A DNA stretch of 40,250 nucleotides from Tubiluchus corallicola (Eukaryota; Animalia; Priapulida): positions 1 to 40,250 of the forward strand of contig JAQGDQ010001456.1 of the NCBI GenBank assembly GCA_030141605.1. Direction: 5' to 3'. Shown one piece after another: positions 1-12,645 of the stretch (positions are counted from its first letter, which is position 1; the number at the start of each line of letters is the position of its first letter). Made by a program: the position numbers and the translations under genes. Below the pieces are notes generated by a model. The model was given only the letters and a program-made list of their open reading frames with translations. It was not told where the DNA came from and ran no database searches.

Positions 1-417
1 CATTGAACATTTTTCTATGACTGATTAGTTGCCATTACAGGAAAGAGTAATAAAATTGGTAGTTTGAAAACACCCCCTGCACAAAAACACGGAAGTCACC
101 ATTAAAAGAACACATCACAGTTAGAAACAAGCAAGAAGATATCAGCTATATCACTGACTGGTGTTTTTGTTTGTTTTTGCTCTTTTGATTTTGCATAGTT
201 TTGGTATACTAGTGCGCTTAACCATGTGAAATGTATTACAAATATTTTAATGAAAGTACATGAATGCGTGTACTCCAAATTTCGCTGTAAGCCAAAAATG
301 ACACGGCTTGAACAAAAGTATTTCAATACGATACTTCATTGATTGAATTATTACAAATCCGGGGAGGTGTTTACAATTCCCCACACAATTTAAATATACT
401 AACCCTAACCTTAGCCC
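1..417. repeat. Left arm of perfect inverted duplication (partner 2350-2766); probably truncated by the window edge
   Basis: Position i pairs with 2767-i; identical 74-aa spurious ORFs at 102-326(-) and 2441-2665(+). Confidence 0.95.
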
Positions 418-485
418 GCAACCTCAACCATAATCCGGCTTCACGAACTAATTTCTTGTATGTGTGGAATCGTAAACTTTAGCCG
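360..485. mobile_element. Small MITE-like element with imperfect TIRs and an internal CCCTAA-like tract
   Basis: Ends cgg...tttacaattccccacaca and tgtgtggaatcgtaaa...ccg are imperfectly complementary and enclose aaccctaaccttagcccgcaacctcaacc. Confidence 0.5.
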
Positions 486-1941
486 AAATCTGTTTTTCTT
501 GCAATAATCACTAACTTTAAAAAATGCATTTGTTGCCAGCAAAGCTGAACTATGATTATGTCTATGACTATGAATTTTATTTCACACATCAAAAATTATA
601 TCAAACACATCAATAAATTTAATATAAAATAATTTGAGTAGTGCGAGGTGAGTGTACAACCATACGGTCATTAAGACACTCACTTTACTTAAATGAAAAA
701 ATGATTATAATGATGCATGCTTCTGTAGATAAGTTAATGTAAATAATGTAATAATAGCAATGGTGTAAGAGCAATAAAACAGTGAAAGTTGAGAAAGGAA
801 AACATGCGATATGTAATTATGACTCTGAGTGAGTCGTAAAGAGTGCAAAAATAGTTAGAAATTTGAATTATCTCTTTATCTGTCAGCGCAGTAACAAGCA
901 GTAATAACTGCTTATTTGTATGATAATGTATAATGTAGAAAATTGGCATTATATATAGTATTATATTCCTACATTTTTCAGTTTATATTCATTAGAGTTT
1001 TCTGATTTCTGTGATGACGCATATTTAAAACAGTATACGTCAAACGATCACGATCATGTCTTAAAGTCAACGAAGCACAAACTGGGCTTGTTCATTTAGT
1101 TAATATAAAAATATCTTTGTGGAATTTTCTTTGCTTCTGATCTGCCTAGCAACGTAAACAAATTTCCGATTTCTGAAGTTTTCAACTTGCGATTCAGTTT
1201 TCTTTTTGTTTTTTAGAATCGGTTAAGAAAACGCCGCAAAAGTTGGAAACTGGCACGCCCGTGAATAAAAAACAAAAGGAAGTACAGAAGACGCCAAAGC
1301 CAAATCTCACAGAAATCCAGAATCAAAAAGGCAATTATTTTTATTATTATTATTATAAGTCTTATTTGCACACAAGTACAAATAATAATACAATACCAGC
1401 ACCACCCTTGCCCCATTCACATTCTCCGGATCTGAGACGTATAACTTTTGCAAAAAACGGCCGAAAAATGGCCATTTCTGGAGGTTTTTCGGTCGTCCTG
1501 GTGGGCCCGATTCGAAAAATAAACCCCCAATGGCACAACACTAGATCGAGACCTTTCCTTTAATGTATAGATCACCGCAAATGGTGCCGTCGTCGGAGCT
1601 GTTACCTCGAATCATATATATATATATGTAAATATATTAAGCCCATACCAGTAGAATTAATATATACGATTTACAAGTGCTGCCCTCTATTTGTAGGACA
1701 AGGATTCTTAATAGTTGGTACAATCAAACCAGAAGTTAAATATACCTATGCAAGTTAATATCACAATTAAGTTATAAATTATTTACATTGATATTCTCTT
1801 TTCCATAAATAAATATAATTAGCTGCTTTTATTTAACTATTTTTTTGAGAATGTTCTCACTTGAATCACCACATACTTTTGTTGTACCATAATGAATAAA
1901 CATTGGTTTGATATACTTTCTTATAACTTACACGTGAAATC

Positions 1942-1972
<31 letters not shown>

Positions 1973-2349
1973 TAATAATTTGGCTTTTTTATCAAAATAA
2001 TTTATAAAAGTTTTACATTCAACTAGCTAGAAATTCATCCTTTGCTAAATAATATGATTTATATCTGTTGTTGGTATTTTATCTGTTATAGGCAAGAAAC
2101 AGACCGAAACTTCAGGCTCCAAACAAATGGCAAAAAAGAAAGCTTCGTTAATAGGTAATTGTTGCTGTGACGTTTACATTGCAACTGTTTGTTTGACAAA
2201 AAGTTTTAAGTGGATATCAATCATTAATTGATTATGACTGTGAATGCCAGAATGTTCATAAACAATTGTGGTTTATTTTACAACAGTTTTTACCCACAGA
2301 GTGTAATGATTTGACGAAAAATGTAGACGAGAAAATTGTGAACCATTTG

Positions 2350-2766
2350 GGGCTAAGGTTAGGGTTAGTATATTTAAATTGTGTGGGGAATTGTAAACAC
2401 CTCCCCGGATTTGTAATAATTCAATCAATGAAGTATCGTATTGAAATACTTTTGTTCAAGCCGTGTCATTTTTGGCTTACAGCGAAATTTGGAGTACACG
2501 CATTCATGTACTTTCATTAAAATATTTGTAATACATTTCACATGGTTAAGCGCACTAGTATACCAAAACTATGCAAAATCAAAAGAGCAAAAACAAACAA
2601 AAACACCAGTCAGTGATATAGCTGATATCTTCTTGCTTGTTTCTAACTGTGATGTGTTCTTTTAATGGTGACTTCCGTGTTTTTGTGCAGGGGGTGTTTT
2701 CAAACTACCAATTTTATTACTCTTTCCTGTAATGGCAACTAATCAGTCATAGAAAAATGTTCAATG
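2350..2766. repeat. Right arm of perfect inverted duplication (partner 1-417)
   Basis: Reverse complement of 1-417; no mismatch seen in the segments compared by eye. Confidence 0.95.
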
Positions 2767-2898
2767 AAGTTATAACTGCACAAAGTTAGCCACATAACTT
2801 CAGAGATATTTGTATCTACATGTATCTCATTAGATATTGCTTCCAGCTTCTGAATCTATATTATAGCAGATGGCATCCTTACCATACAATGTTGTTAA

Positions 2899-3282
2899 CC
2901 CTTTCATACCCGTTGTATCCCATGGGATACGAGAATATTCTCTGCCTTTAAAATTAATAAAATTTTAAAACTGAGAGTTATTTGATCTGTTAATAGTTAT
3001 TTTGATTTAAGCCAATAACAATAGACTAAAAATAGTGATAAAATGGCAAACTAAAAAATCTACCACAAAAAACTGTACAAGGTACAGTACTTTAGAGATG
3101 ACTTTGTACAGATCAGCATAGCATGCATGCTAAATGTCTTAAATGTATCCCGAGGGATACAGGCTATATTTAGCACATGGGCACAGGTAGAAAAAAATAA
3201 TTATTATGTGTAAACAAGATGGACATACTGAACAAAAGTACCAAGCCAAAAAATTTTTCTTATTAAAAAATAATTTGGGACT
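2899..3282. mobile_element. piggyBac-like MITE copy 1 (internally deleted; one end truncated by a LINE fragment)
   Basis: Starts TTAA|CCCTTTCATACCC and is the reverse complement of 22113-22569. Has GTATCCCnnGGGATAC palindromes and lacks the terminal GAAAGGG-TTAA. Confidence 0.85.
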
Positions 3283-3653
3283 ATGTGGCGGAGATGAGGA
3301 TGTTGAGATGGATGGTGGGAGTAACAAGAAGAGATAAAATCAGGAATAGTAATATTAGAGGAACAGTGAAAGTAGTGGAAGCCTCGAAAACGATACAAGA
3401 GGCAAGATTGCGATGGTATGGGCACCTGAGAAGGAGAGTCGGGGAAGATCACATGGGAAGGGAGGCCATGGAAATGGAAGTGCTGGGAAACAGAAAAAGA
3501 GGACGACCCAAGCTGAGATGGTTTGAATGCATAAACGGAGACCTTAGAGAGAAGAACATAAATGAAGAGATGGTCAACAACAGGAATGCATGGAGAAAAC
3601 TTATTCACAACGGCGACCCCGCATAGGGAAAAGCTGGGAAGAAGAAGAAGAAG
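3283..3653 (+). mobile_element. 5'-truncated RTE-clade LINE 3' end
   Basis: Reading frame EMRMLRWMVGVTRRDKIRN...RLRWYGHLRR...GNRKRGRPKLRW is the typical RTE ORF C-terminus, followed by a short UTR and a (GAA)n tail. Confidence 0.9.
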
Positions 3654-3689
3654 TTCACCATGTGTGTAAATAATAGTGTAAATAGAAAT

Positions 3690-4938
3690 AGTCTTTCACA
3701 GTTCAATACAATTTCATATTCTTTGTTTCAACCACCAAAGTGAACCAGTCTACAACAGTCTACACTAACTTCAGTCACTCACAGTTCAACACAATTTCAT
3801 ATTCTTTGTTCAACCACTAAAGTGAACCTGTCAACAACAGTCTACACTAAATTCAGTCACTCGCAATTCAACACAATTTCATATTCTTTGTTTCAACCAT
3901 CAGAGTGAACCAGTCTACAACAGTCTACACTAACTTCAGTCTCTCACAGTTCAACACAATTTCATATTCTTTGTTTCAACCACTAAAGTGAACCAGTCTA
4001 CAACAGTCTACACTAAATTCAGTCTTTCAAAGTTCAACACAATTTCATATTCTTTGTTTTAACCACCAAAGTGAACCAGTCTACAACAGTCTACACTAAA
4101 TTCAGTCTTTCACAGTTCAATACAATTTCATATTCTTTGTTTCAACCATCAGAGTAAACCAGTCTACAACAGTCTACACTAACTTCAGTCACTCACAGTT
4201 CAATACAATTTCATATTCTTTGTTTCAACCATCAGAGTAAACCAGTCTACAACAGTCTACACTAACTTCAATCTTTCACAGTTCAACACAATTTCATATT
4301 CTTTGTTTTAACCACCAAAGTGAACCAGTCTACAACAGTCTACACTAAATTCAGTCACTCACAGTTCAACACAATTTCATATTCTTTGTTTCAACCACTA
4401 AAGTAAACCAGTCTACAACAGTCTACACTAACTTCAGTCTCTCACAGTTCAACACAATTCATATTCTTTATTTCAACCACTAAAGTGAACCAGTCTACAA
4501 CAGTCTACACTAAATTCAGTCACTCACAGTTCAACACAATTTCATATTCTTTGTTTCAACCACTAAAGTGAACCAGTCTACAACAGTCTACACTAAATTC
4601 AGTCTTTTCACAGTTCAACACAATTTCATATTCTTTGTTTTAACCACCAGAGTGAACCAGTCTACAACAGTCTATGCTAACTTCAGTCTCTCACAGTTCA
4701 ATACAATTTCATATTCTTTGTTTCAACCACCAGAGTGAACCAGTCTACAACAGTCTACACTAACTTCAATCTTTCACAGTTCAATACAATTTCATATTCT
4801 TTGTTTTAACCACCCAAGGGAACCCGCCTACAACAGTCTACACTAACTTCAGTCACTCACAGTTCAATACAATTTCATATTCTTTGTTTCAACCACCAGA
4901 GTGAGCCAGCCTACAACAGTCTACACTAACTTCAGTCT
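3690..4938. repeat. Minisatellite, ~83-bp unit, ~15 copies
   Basis: Unit cacagttcaacacaatttcatattctttgtttcaacc...gtctacaacagtctacactaa; period measured 4081 to 4164. Confidence 0.95.
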
Positions 4939-5134
4939 AATATACTCCAACTTCTCTACAAATTCAAAGCTTCTATGCTGTCAGCTAAACATTTCTACAC
5001 ATGCCTCCTTTCATGCTATAAAGTTTTCTACAGGAAACCAGTCTAAAATTTTTGAGATATCGCAACGCTTACAATATGAGAGTTATTTGTTTGTTTATCA
5101 AATTTTGGCTTTCTAAATTTCAATATTTCATTAC

Positions 5135-5287
5135 CCAGTGCAACCCTATCGTTCGTTGCCTCTCTGTTAATCCAGAACCCGACCCAGGATAAGATGACAA
5201 TTAATCCACAGGGCACGTAGACTTGGATAAGGAAGTATCCCATGTGACGCTGCAGCTTGAAGTTTGCTGTCAACATGCTGTATTTGC
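5135..5287 (-). CDS. Cys-loop receptor exon (loop C end, beta10, M1, start of M2), 153 bp
   Basis: attacag|GC AAA TAC...GCA CTG G|gtaatg encodes (G)[50 protein letters not shown](G). Matches the conserved 153-bp exon; WINREATxDRV resembles GRD/CG8916-type subunits. Confidence 0.97.
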
Positions 5288-5359
5288 CTGTAATAGCAGA
5301 AATTATGAATTTGCAAACAAGACAACAAAGTAATAAAGTACATAAAGTTAGTTAATGTA

Positions 5360-5718
5360 AAGTGAAGTGAAGTGAAGTGAAGTGAAGTGAAGTGAGGTGA
5401 AGTGAGGTGAAGTGAAGTGAGGTGAGGTGAAGTGAAGTGAAGTGAAGTGAGGTGAAGTGAGGTGAAGTGAGGTGAAGTGAGGTGAAGTGAGGTGAAGTGA
5501 AGTGAAGTGAAGTGAAGTGAAGTGAGGTGAAGTGAAGTGAGGTGAAGTGAAGTGAGGTGAAGTGAGGTGAAGTGAGGTGAAGTGAGGTGAGGTGAAGTGA
5601 GGTGAAGTGAAGTGAGGTGAAATGAAGCGAAGTGAAGTGAATGAAGTGAAGTGAAGTTAAGTTAAGTTAAGTGAGGTGAAGTGAAGTAAAGTGAAGTGAA
5701 TGAAGTGAAGTGAAGTGA
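5360..5718. repeat. (GTGAA/GTGAG)n pentanucleotide microsatellite
   Basis: Directly visible; about 70 bp from the M1 exon acceptor. Confidence 0.95.
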
Positions 5719-7176
5719 CGATGGCTATTTCAATTACTAATACATTGATTCTGAATTTGCTAAACTTTACATTCTTGATACCAAAGCGAATACAGTTCAA
5801 CATTTACTGGCAAATGTCGACAACAAATTGTGCAATAATGACAGCAATTACTCAAGTTCTTTTAGTACAATAGCAATTAATAACATACATCACCTTAATA
5901 TATAATCAAAGTACGTAAGAAAAACACTTAGTTACACCTGAAAGTTTATCAAGTAATGTTAACAAGGTCATCATCGGTTTGAGACAATATATTTAAGAGT
6001 TAACCCATATTTAGTGTTCTTATGCCAAAGAGCAATCAAATATTCACTGCTTTAATACATGCTAAATTTAACCTGGCAATAAGAAAGAAATAATGAACTT
6101 TATTTAAAGGGTTTAAAACCCACGTTGCAGTGATAAACGATAAAGCATAATCAACATCTCCATCGGGAAAGCATCTTGACTTATCAAAAGACCTGATTCC
6201 AAACCCATTAAGGAAATCCTAAGAAGCCAAGGCAGCGCTTACTTGAAGATTACCATGGTAACTCCTCCAAAGCGAGGCCAGAAGACGACGTAAACTTCAA
6301 GGAAGCCATACTAACCCGAAATATAGTACACTAGACAACGTTCTAAATACGTTCATCAAAGCAACTTAGGCATCTGAGTTCAACCACACACGACATTAAC
6401 ACGACAATGACCTTACTATGACATCATAGATACTAATATCAAGCAGCGTTACTATGACATCACATGGTAACCAAGGCAACCCGAGAAAGCTAACGTAACA
6501 AAATGCCGACGTCACGTTACCATCCTTGAGCGACATAAAAATGCATTCTGTTCTATTTTGCAGAACTCGAAATTGTCAAATTTTTGATAAAATTTCAACA
6601 GCATTTATTCGAACACACCCACTACGCAGTGAATTGTATATATTCATCTCAAGGACAACTGCGCGTGCGCACTTCTATTTAAAAAAACTTGTTAATCATT
6701 GCAGAATTTAGCAAAGCCAAATAAACATAAAAAATTGTTCCAAAACTACAGGCCTGGTGGCCGGCACGAAAAATGACTTGCTTTGATCGTGCCAACTGGA
6801 GTTGAACATATGCCAATCGTACTGGTTATACAAGCACAGCATGAATGATGAGCATTTGAAGCAATCATAGGTATTTTTCAATTAACGAAATTATAATTAT
6901 TATTACGTTTAACTGCTGCCGCGACGACTTTGCTTTACAAATAACGTGCTGCTTTGATGTAATCACAGTCAATTTTGCGCAAGATGTAATTAGCAGCAAG
7001 TGGTAATTGGTTAATAAAGCGAGACAATTGAAGTAATTTGAAGAGCTGAACAGAATTTAAATGCTTTCATTACACGCATGTTGAGCGTAACTCATTACTT
7101 TCGATCACGCTGCGTTATTAATGTCGCATAAACCAGATTTTTTAAACATTCTTGCAGTCCCTAGTATAATAGTTAG

Positions 7177-7644
<468 letters not shown>

Positions 7645-8889
7645 ATAGCTAGCAAATTCGTGATGAGAATCATGATACAACACAAAACGCGTTGAACCTG
7701 AGCTCTGGTAGCCTAGACGTTTAACTGTATAAAGTACAAATTAGTTAACTACAGTACTAAAATTATTGTACAAACTTATGAAAAGTCTCTGTTAATAATG
7801 TGCACATCTTAAACGCTATTCTAATCCTCGCTACGTAGTGAGCTATTTTTTTTAAAATCGTTTCACAGTTGGTCTCTGATAGAGCAACTGCATGTAGCTA
7901 GTGCAGACGTGCTGAAATTGTCACGTGACATTATGAAAATCATAACAGGGAATAAAATGATTTGAAACTGACTTTCCATCAAAAAATTAACTGTTTTAAA
8001 AAATAGAGATGCATCATGCCAAAGTATACATGTCCACATGTCATATCTATATGTCAATATTTAAACAAGTATAATACAAGCCAAGTGATATACGTATAAA
8101 TTTTCATATAACGTAAGTAACTTAAGATTTTTCGTGCATTCAATGCAAAACTGTAAAATTGAAATTTGCAACGCAGGACTACAGTCAAATTGCAGAGATT
8201 GCAGAGATATTAACTCGATTAATATGCAAAATAGCATGCACGTCATTTGCATTTGTTCAAAATCATGCAAATTTGCAGCAACAAACTTTCTATGTTTTTT
8301 ACTTACTCACTGTGTGCGGTACGTCATGTGAATTTTTTCTTGAAAATTCTATTGACACTTAAAAATCAGTCCGATCAATATAATCAATAAGAAATTTAAA
8401 GGGAAAAGTTTTAATTACGAAATTTAAACTGAGCCGTTCGTTACAAAACAACGCAACACGACGACCACGTAAACAATTGCACTACCAACAATATTTTCAT
8501 TAACAAAATTAATGAGTAATGCAACATGTTATTCGTTTCATATAATCTGTTATTCTCTAAACTGGCTCATTTGTTAGTAAAAAACATTCACGAATTTTAG
8601 ACCTTATTAACGAAAATTGTCAGTAATAAAGATTGTTCTCGAATAAGCAAAATATTAATATTTTTTATACTTTATATGATTAATGTGACAACGTTGTAAT
8701 GTGACATTACATGAATCTATGACTCTGTTACATTACATGACATCACATTGTCATTACTCTGTGTCACCGTCATTTCAGTCGCCATGTTGTTACAGTACTG
8801 TTGTTGTAATACTAAGATATTATTGTTGGTGCATTAGTTTCATTATTAGTAAGTTCGATAGTTGACTTCCGTTTACGTAACCCGAGAGT

Positions 8890-10390
8890 AGTTTTACATA
8901 CCCAATTGTAAGATCTATGCGCTACTGTACGTCACTTGTACTGAGTATGCTAGGTATGGAAAAGTGAATTATTACATACCCAATTGTAAGTTCTACCCGT
9001 TATGGGTCACTTGTACTGAGTATGCTAGGTATGGAAAAGTGAATTATTACATACCCAATTGTAAGTTCTACCCGCTACTGTACGTCACTTGTACTGAGTA
9101 TGCTAGGTATGGAAAAGTGAATTATTACATACCCAATTGTAAGTTCTACCCGCTATGGGTCACATGTACTGAGTATGCTAGGTATGGAAAAGTGAATGTT
9201 TACATACCCAATTGTAAGTTCTAGCCGCTATGGGTCGCTTGTACTGAGTATGCTAGGTATGGAAAAGTGAATTTTTACATATGCAATTGTAAGTTCTACC
9301 CGCTATGGGTCACTTGTACTGAGTATGCTAGGTATGGAAAAGTGAATTTTTACATATGCAATTGTAAGTTCTACCCGCTATGGGTCACTTGTACTGAGTA
9401 TGCTAGGTATGGAAAAGTGAATTTTTACATATGCAATTGTAAGTTCTACCCGCTACTGTACGTCACTTGTACTGAGTATGCTGGGTATGGAAAAGTGAAT
9501 TTTTACATATGCAATTGTAAGTTCTACCCGCTATGGGTCACTTGTACTGAGTATGCTAGGTATGGAAAAGTGAATTTTTACATATCCAATTGTAAGTTCT
9601 ACCCGCTATGGGTCACTTGTAATGAGTATGCTGGTGGAAAAGTGAATTTTTAATACCCAATTGTAAGTTCTACCCGCTATGGGTCACTTGTACTGAGTAT
9701 GCTGGGTATGGAAAAGTGAATTTTTACATATCCAATTGTAAGTTCTACCCGCTATGGGTCACTTGTAATGAGTATGCTGGGTATGGAAAAGTGCTTTTAT
9801 ATACCCAATTGTAAGTTCTACCCCTGGTCACTTGTTGAGTATGCTGGTATGGAAAAGTGAATTTTACATACATTGTAAGTTCTACCCGCTATGGGTCCTT
9901 GTACTAGTATGCTGGGTATGGAAAAGTGAATTTTTACATACCCAATTGTAAGTTCTACCCGCTATGGGTCACTTGTACTGAGTATGCTGGGTATGGAAAA
10001 GTGAATTTTTACATACCCAATTGTAAGTTCTACCCGCTATGGGTCACTTGTACTGAGTATGCTGGGTATGGAAAAGTGAATTTTTACATACCCAATTGTA
10101 AGTTCTACCCGCTATGGGTCACTTGTACTGAGTATGCTGGGTATGGAAAAGTGAATTTTTACATACCCAATTGTAAGTTCTACCCGCTATGGGTCACTTG
10201 TACTGAGTATGCTAGGTATGGAAAAGTGAATTTTTACATACCCAATTGTAAGTTCTACCCGCTACTGTACGTCACTTGTACTGAGTATGCTGGGTATGGA
10301 AAAGTGAATTTTTACATACTCAATTGTAAGTTCTACTCGCTATGGGTCACTTGTACTGAGTATGCTGGGTATGGAAAAGTGAATTTTTAT
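8890..10390. repeat. Minisatellite, 75/78-bp unit, ~20 copies
   Basis: Unit gtgaatttttacatacccaattgtaagttctacccgctatgggtcacttgtactgagtatgctgggtatggaaaa; period 9926 to 10001. Confidence 0.95.
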
Positions 10391-10538
10391 CAATCCATAA
10401 TACAAGTTGACACGAGGAAAACTGTTCAGGAATTTTATCAGGAAGGTTAATAAGCTCTTGTGTGCCGCCATGTTTCGACATTCGTGCCATGCAAACAAAT
10501 CAGTGCAAGTAGAAGAATTTTCAACTTACAGGGCGTAC

Positions 10539-10679
10539 CAGTACTGATGATAAGTGTCTCGTTTGTCGCTGCAGACGGAATCAAGTCGAATTGTGATAGA
10601 CGCATGTCGGCGGCCATCTTGATCGATTCGTGTGGTCCATTGTTCCACAAGTATTCCACGTCGTTTACCGTGTAGGCAA
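10539..10679 (-). CDS. Cys-loop receptor exon (loops B, F, start of C), 141 bp (150 bp with the alternative donor)
   Basis: tttatag|TT GCC TAC...AGT ACT G|gtacgc encodes (F)AYTVNDVEYLWNNGPHESIKMAADMRLSQFDLIPSAATNETLIIST(G). A second same-phase donor (T|gtaagt) would end the exon at 10530. Confidence 0.93.
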
Positions 10680-10810
10680 CTATAAACAAAGTAGAGTAAA
10701 CATTCACGTAATTACTTATCAAATAGGTAAAGATTATTAACACTAGGGGGCCTGTGCAGCTGCAGTTTCTAGGTAATGATGCAACAGCAACTTTCCGTGT
10801 ACACTGTAAC

Positions 10811-11313
10811 TATAGGTTTTACACGTCAAATGTAGACACAGGAAAGTTCAAATGTGACTTAGGTAAGTCAAATGTAGACATAGGAATTTCGAATGTGTTT
10901 TCGTAACTCAAATGTGACTTAGGTAAGTCAAATGTAGATACATTACTTTGAATAAATCGGTAATTAACTCATTTAAGTGCAAATTAGAAAAAGATAAACC
11001 AAAGATAGTGCATCTATTAGTAGACCTATAACGTTGTTATTTTAACTTAGGAGCAATTATTAAATTGAAATTAAAGAAGATTAAATTTAACATCCTTAAA
11101 CTTTAACACCTATCCACATTTGAGATACCAATGTCACATTTCACTTGACATGTGTCTACATTTGACTTACCAAAAACGCTTAAGATTTCTTGAAAACCAT
11201 AGTTAACACATTTGAACTACCTAAGTCTACATTTGAGTTACCAAGACACATTTGAATCACCTAAATCTACATTTGAGTTAACGCAGGTCTACATTTGACA
11301 TGCAAAACCTATA
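10811..11313. mobile_element. Foldback/MITE element with TIRs and subterminal repeats
   Basis: TATAGGTTTTACACGTCAAATGTAGAC versus the reverse complement of the right end, TATAGGTTTTGCATGTCAAATGTAGAC. Several CAAATGTAGAC/CAAATGTG subrepeats mirrored in each half; TA at both ends. Confidence 0.8.
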
Positions 11314-11755
11314 CAACGATTAGCCAGCTAATTGTTATTGTACGTAATTGTTTGTATACGTAGGTCCAAGCTCAGTTTGTTGCTAAGCAAACATTAATTG
11401 CGAAATTTAGGAAGACATCTTAAGGCATGAAAACGAGCGTGAGCGTACACACTTCTTTTCTTCAACTGTCATCAAGGCCGGCCCTAAGTAGTTTGACGCC
11501 CTAAGTAAAAGTATTTTTACCGCCCCCTCCCCCTCTGACAACCGCTTTTCCACGATCCCCATGCAGCCCACCCACAAAACTGAATTTTTATTTTATGAAA
11601 TAAAGTATTTAGGTATCTTAAGCTTATACACTCATTACAGAGCATTAATTAACTGTACTTAATTACCTTTCTACAACTAGTGTTGGTTTCATTTTAAATT
11701 CAATTTACGACCCATTCGATTATGCTATGCAATTTTTCATTTACGGAATACTTAC

Positions 11756-11838
11756 AGCTTCCGAGTTTTAGATGACATTGCTGAGTATCCATTGGGAAAG
11801 TTTCAAGATGCATTGGACATGTAGCTTTAATTGTCAAC
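11756..11838 (-). CDS. Cys-loop exon, 83 bp
   Basis: Read by hand. attgcag|G TTG ACA...GGA AGC T|gtaagt gives (R)[27 protein letters not shown](F), with the C-x13-C Cys-loop and FPMD. Matches the conserved 83-bp exon. Confidence 0.97.
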
Positions 11839-12108
11839 CTGCAATGTAGATTTGATAAGAAATGTTGTTGTAAATAATGTACTCACTGATCACGTGACTT
11901 AAATATAAGTAACGAAAATCGTAAATGCTCATATCACAGACTTTACGAATCATATTAAAAAGAGAATTTTTTTCGACAATATGATTTATATTGAATGACT
12001 TTTAATATGACGTCAACAATTAAAGTATAGATATTCTTCATTTAACCACAGATTATATAAATACATGTAGTTTTTACACTTCCACAGACTACTGTAACAA
12101 CGATGAAC

Positions 12109-12592
12109 GGTTGTTGTGTTTGATAAATTAAATGAAATACTTCTGCCCGAAAGCCTTAATATAGCTGCCTTAGGAACTAATGATCTGTTGAAGTTGTTAT
12201 TATTCGGAAAAGATGAATTTAACTATGTTGCTAACTGTAAAATATTCCAATGTATACATGACTTTATATTACGTAATAAACGCTTCCAGTAGTTTCTATC
12301 TGATATGAAATGCATCAGTCTTAAATATTCGTACATTAATATTTTCTAACCGTCATTTTCTACTAATGTCTAATGTAATCTTGTAGTAAAACTTGTCAGC
12401 TTGTGTAGTTATAGTCTATTCTTACTGTAAATGTTATTAATGTCTTGTAGTAAAACTTGTCAGCTTGTGTAGTTATAGTCTATTCTTACTGTAAATGTTT
12501 TTCTAAATAGTGTATAAAGTCTGTTGTGGTGAGGATCCTAAATCATGTTCTTCAAACTGTCTGATCCAATCCTAAATAAATTATGTTTAAAC
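12109..12592 (+). mobile_element. 5'-truncated non-LTR retrotransposon 3' end (same family as 30816-31585)
   Basis: Near-identical to about 31175-31585. TSD TAACAACGATGAAC at 12095-12108 and 12593-12606; AATAAA near the end; internal ~60-bp tandem duplication. Confidence 0.85.
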
Positions 12593-12645
12593 TAACAACG
12601 ATGAACAACAACCCAAAACTAGTCAGTATGGTTTTAGAGAACCTT

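Noticed and set aside
1420-1672. GC-richer segment ending in (TA)n...aatatatacgatt, reminiscent of non-autonomous Helitron-like repeats
   Set aside because: Single copy in the window, with no diagnostic termini I could verify.
102-2665. Duplicated 74-aa ORF as a gene pair
   Set aside because: By-product of the inverted duplication; TTG start and no recognisable motif.
418-5134. Search for the M2-M3 exon (ITTVLT-like)
   Set aside because: No such minus-strand coding sequence seen; it presumably lies left of the window.
8964-10450. Cys/Tyr-rich 25-aa repeat ORFs
   Set aside because: Translation of the 75/78-bp minisatellite, broken by frameshifts and antisense to the host intron.
11472-11540. 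Possible single hAT-like terminus (caaggccggccctaag...gacgccctaag)
   Set aside because: No matching second end or TSD found.
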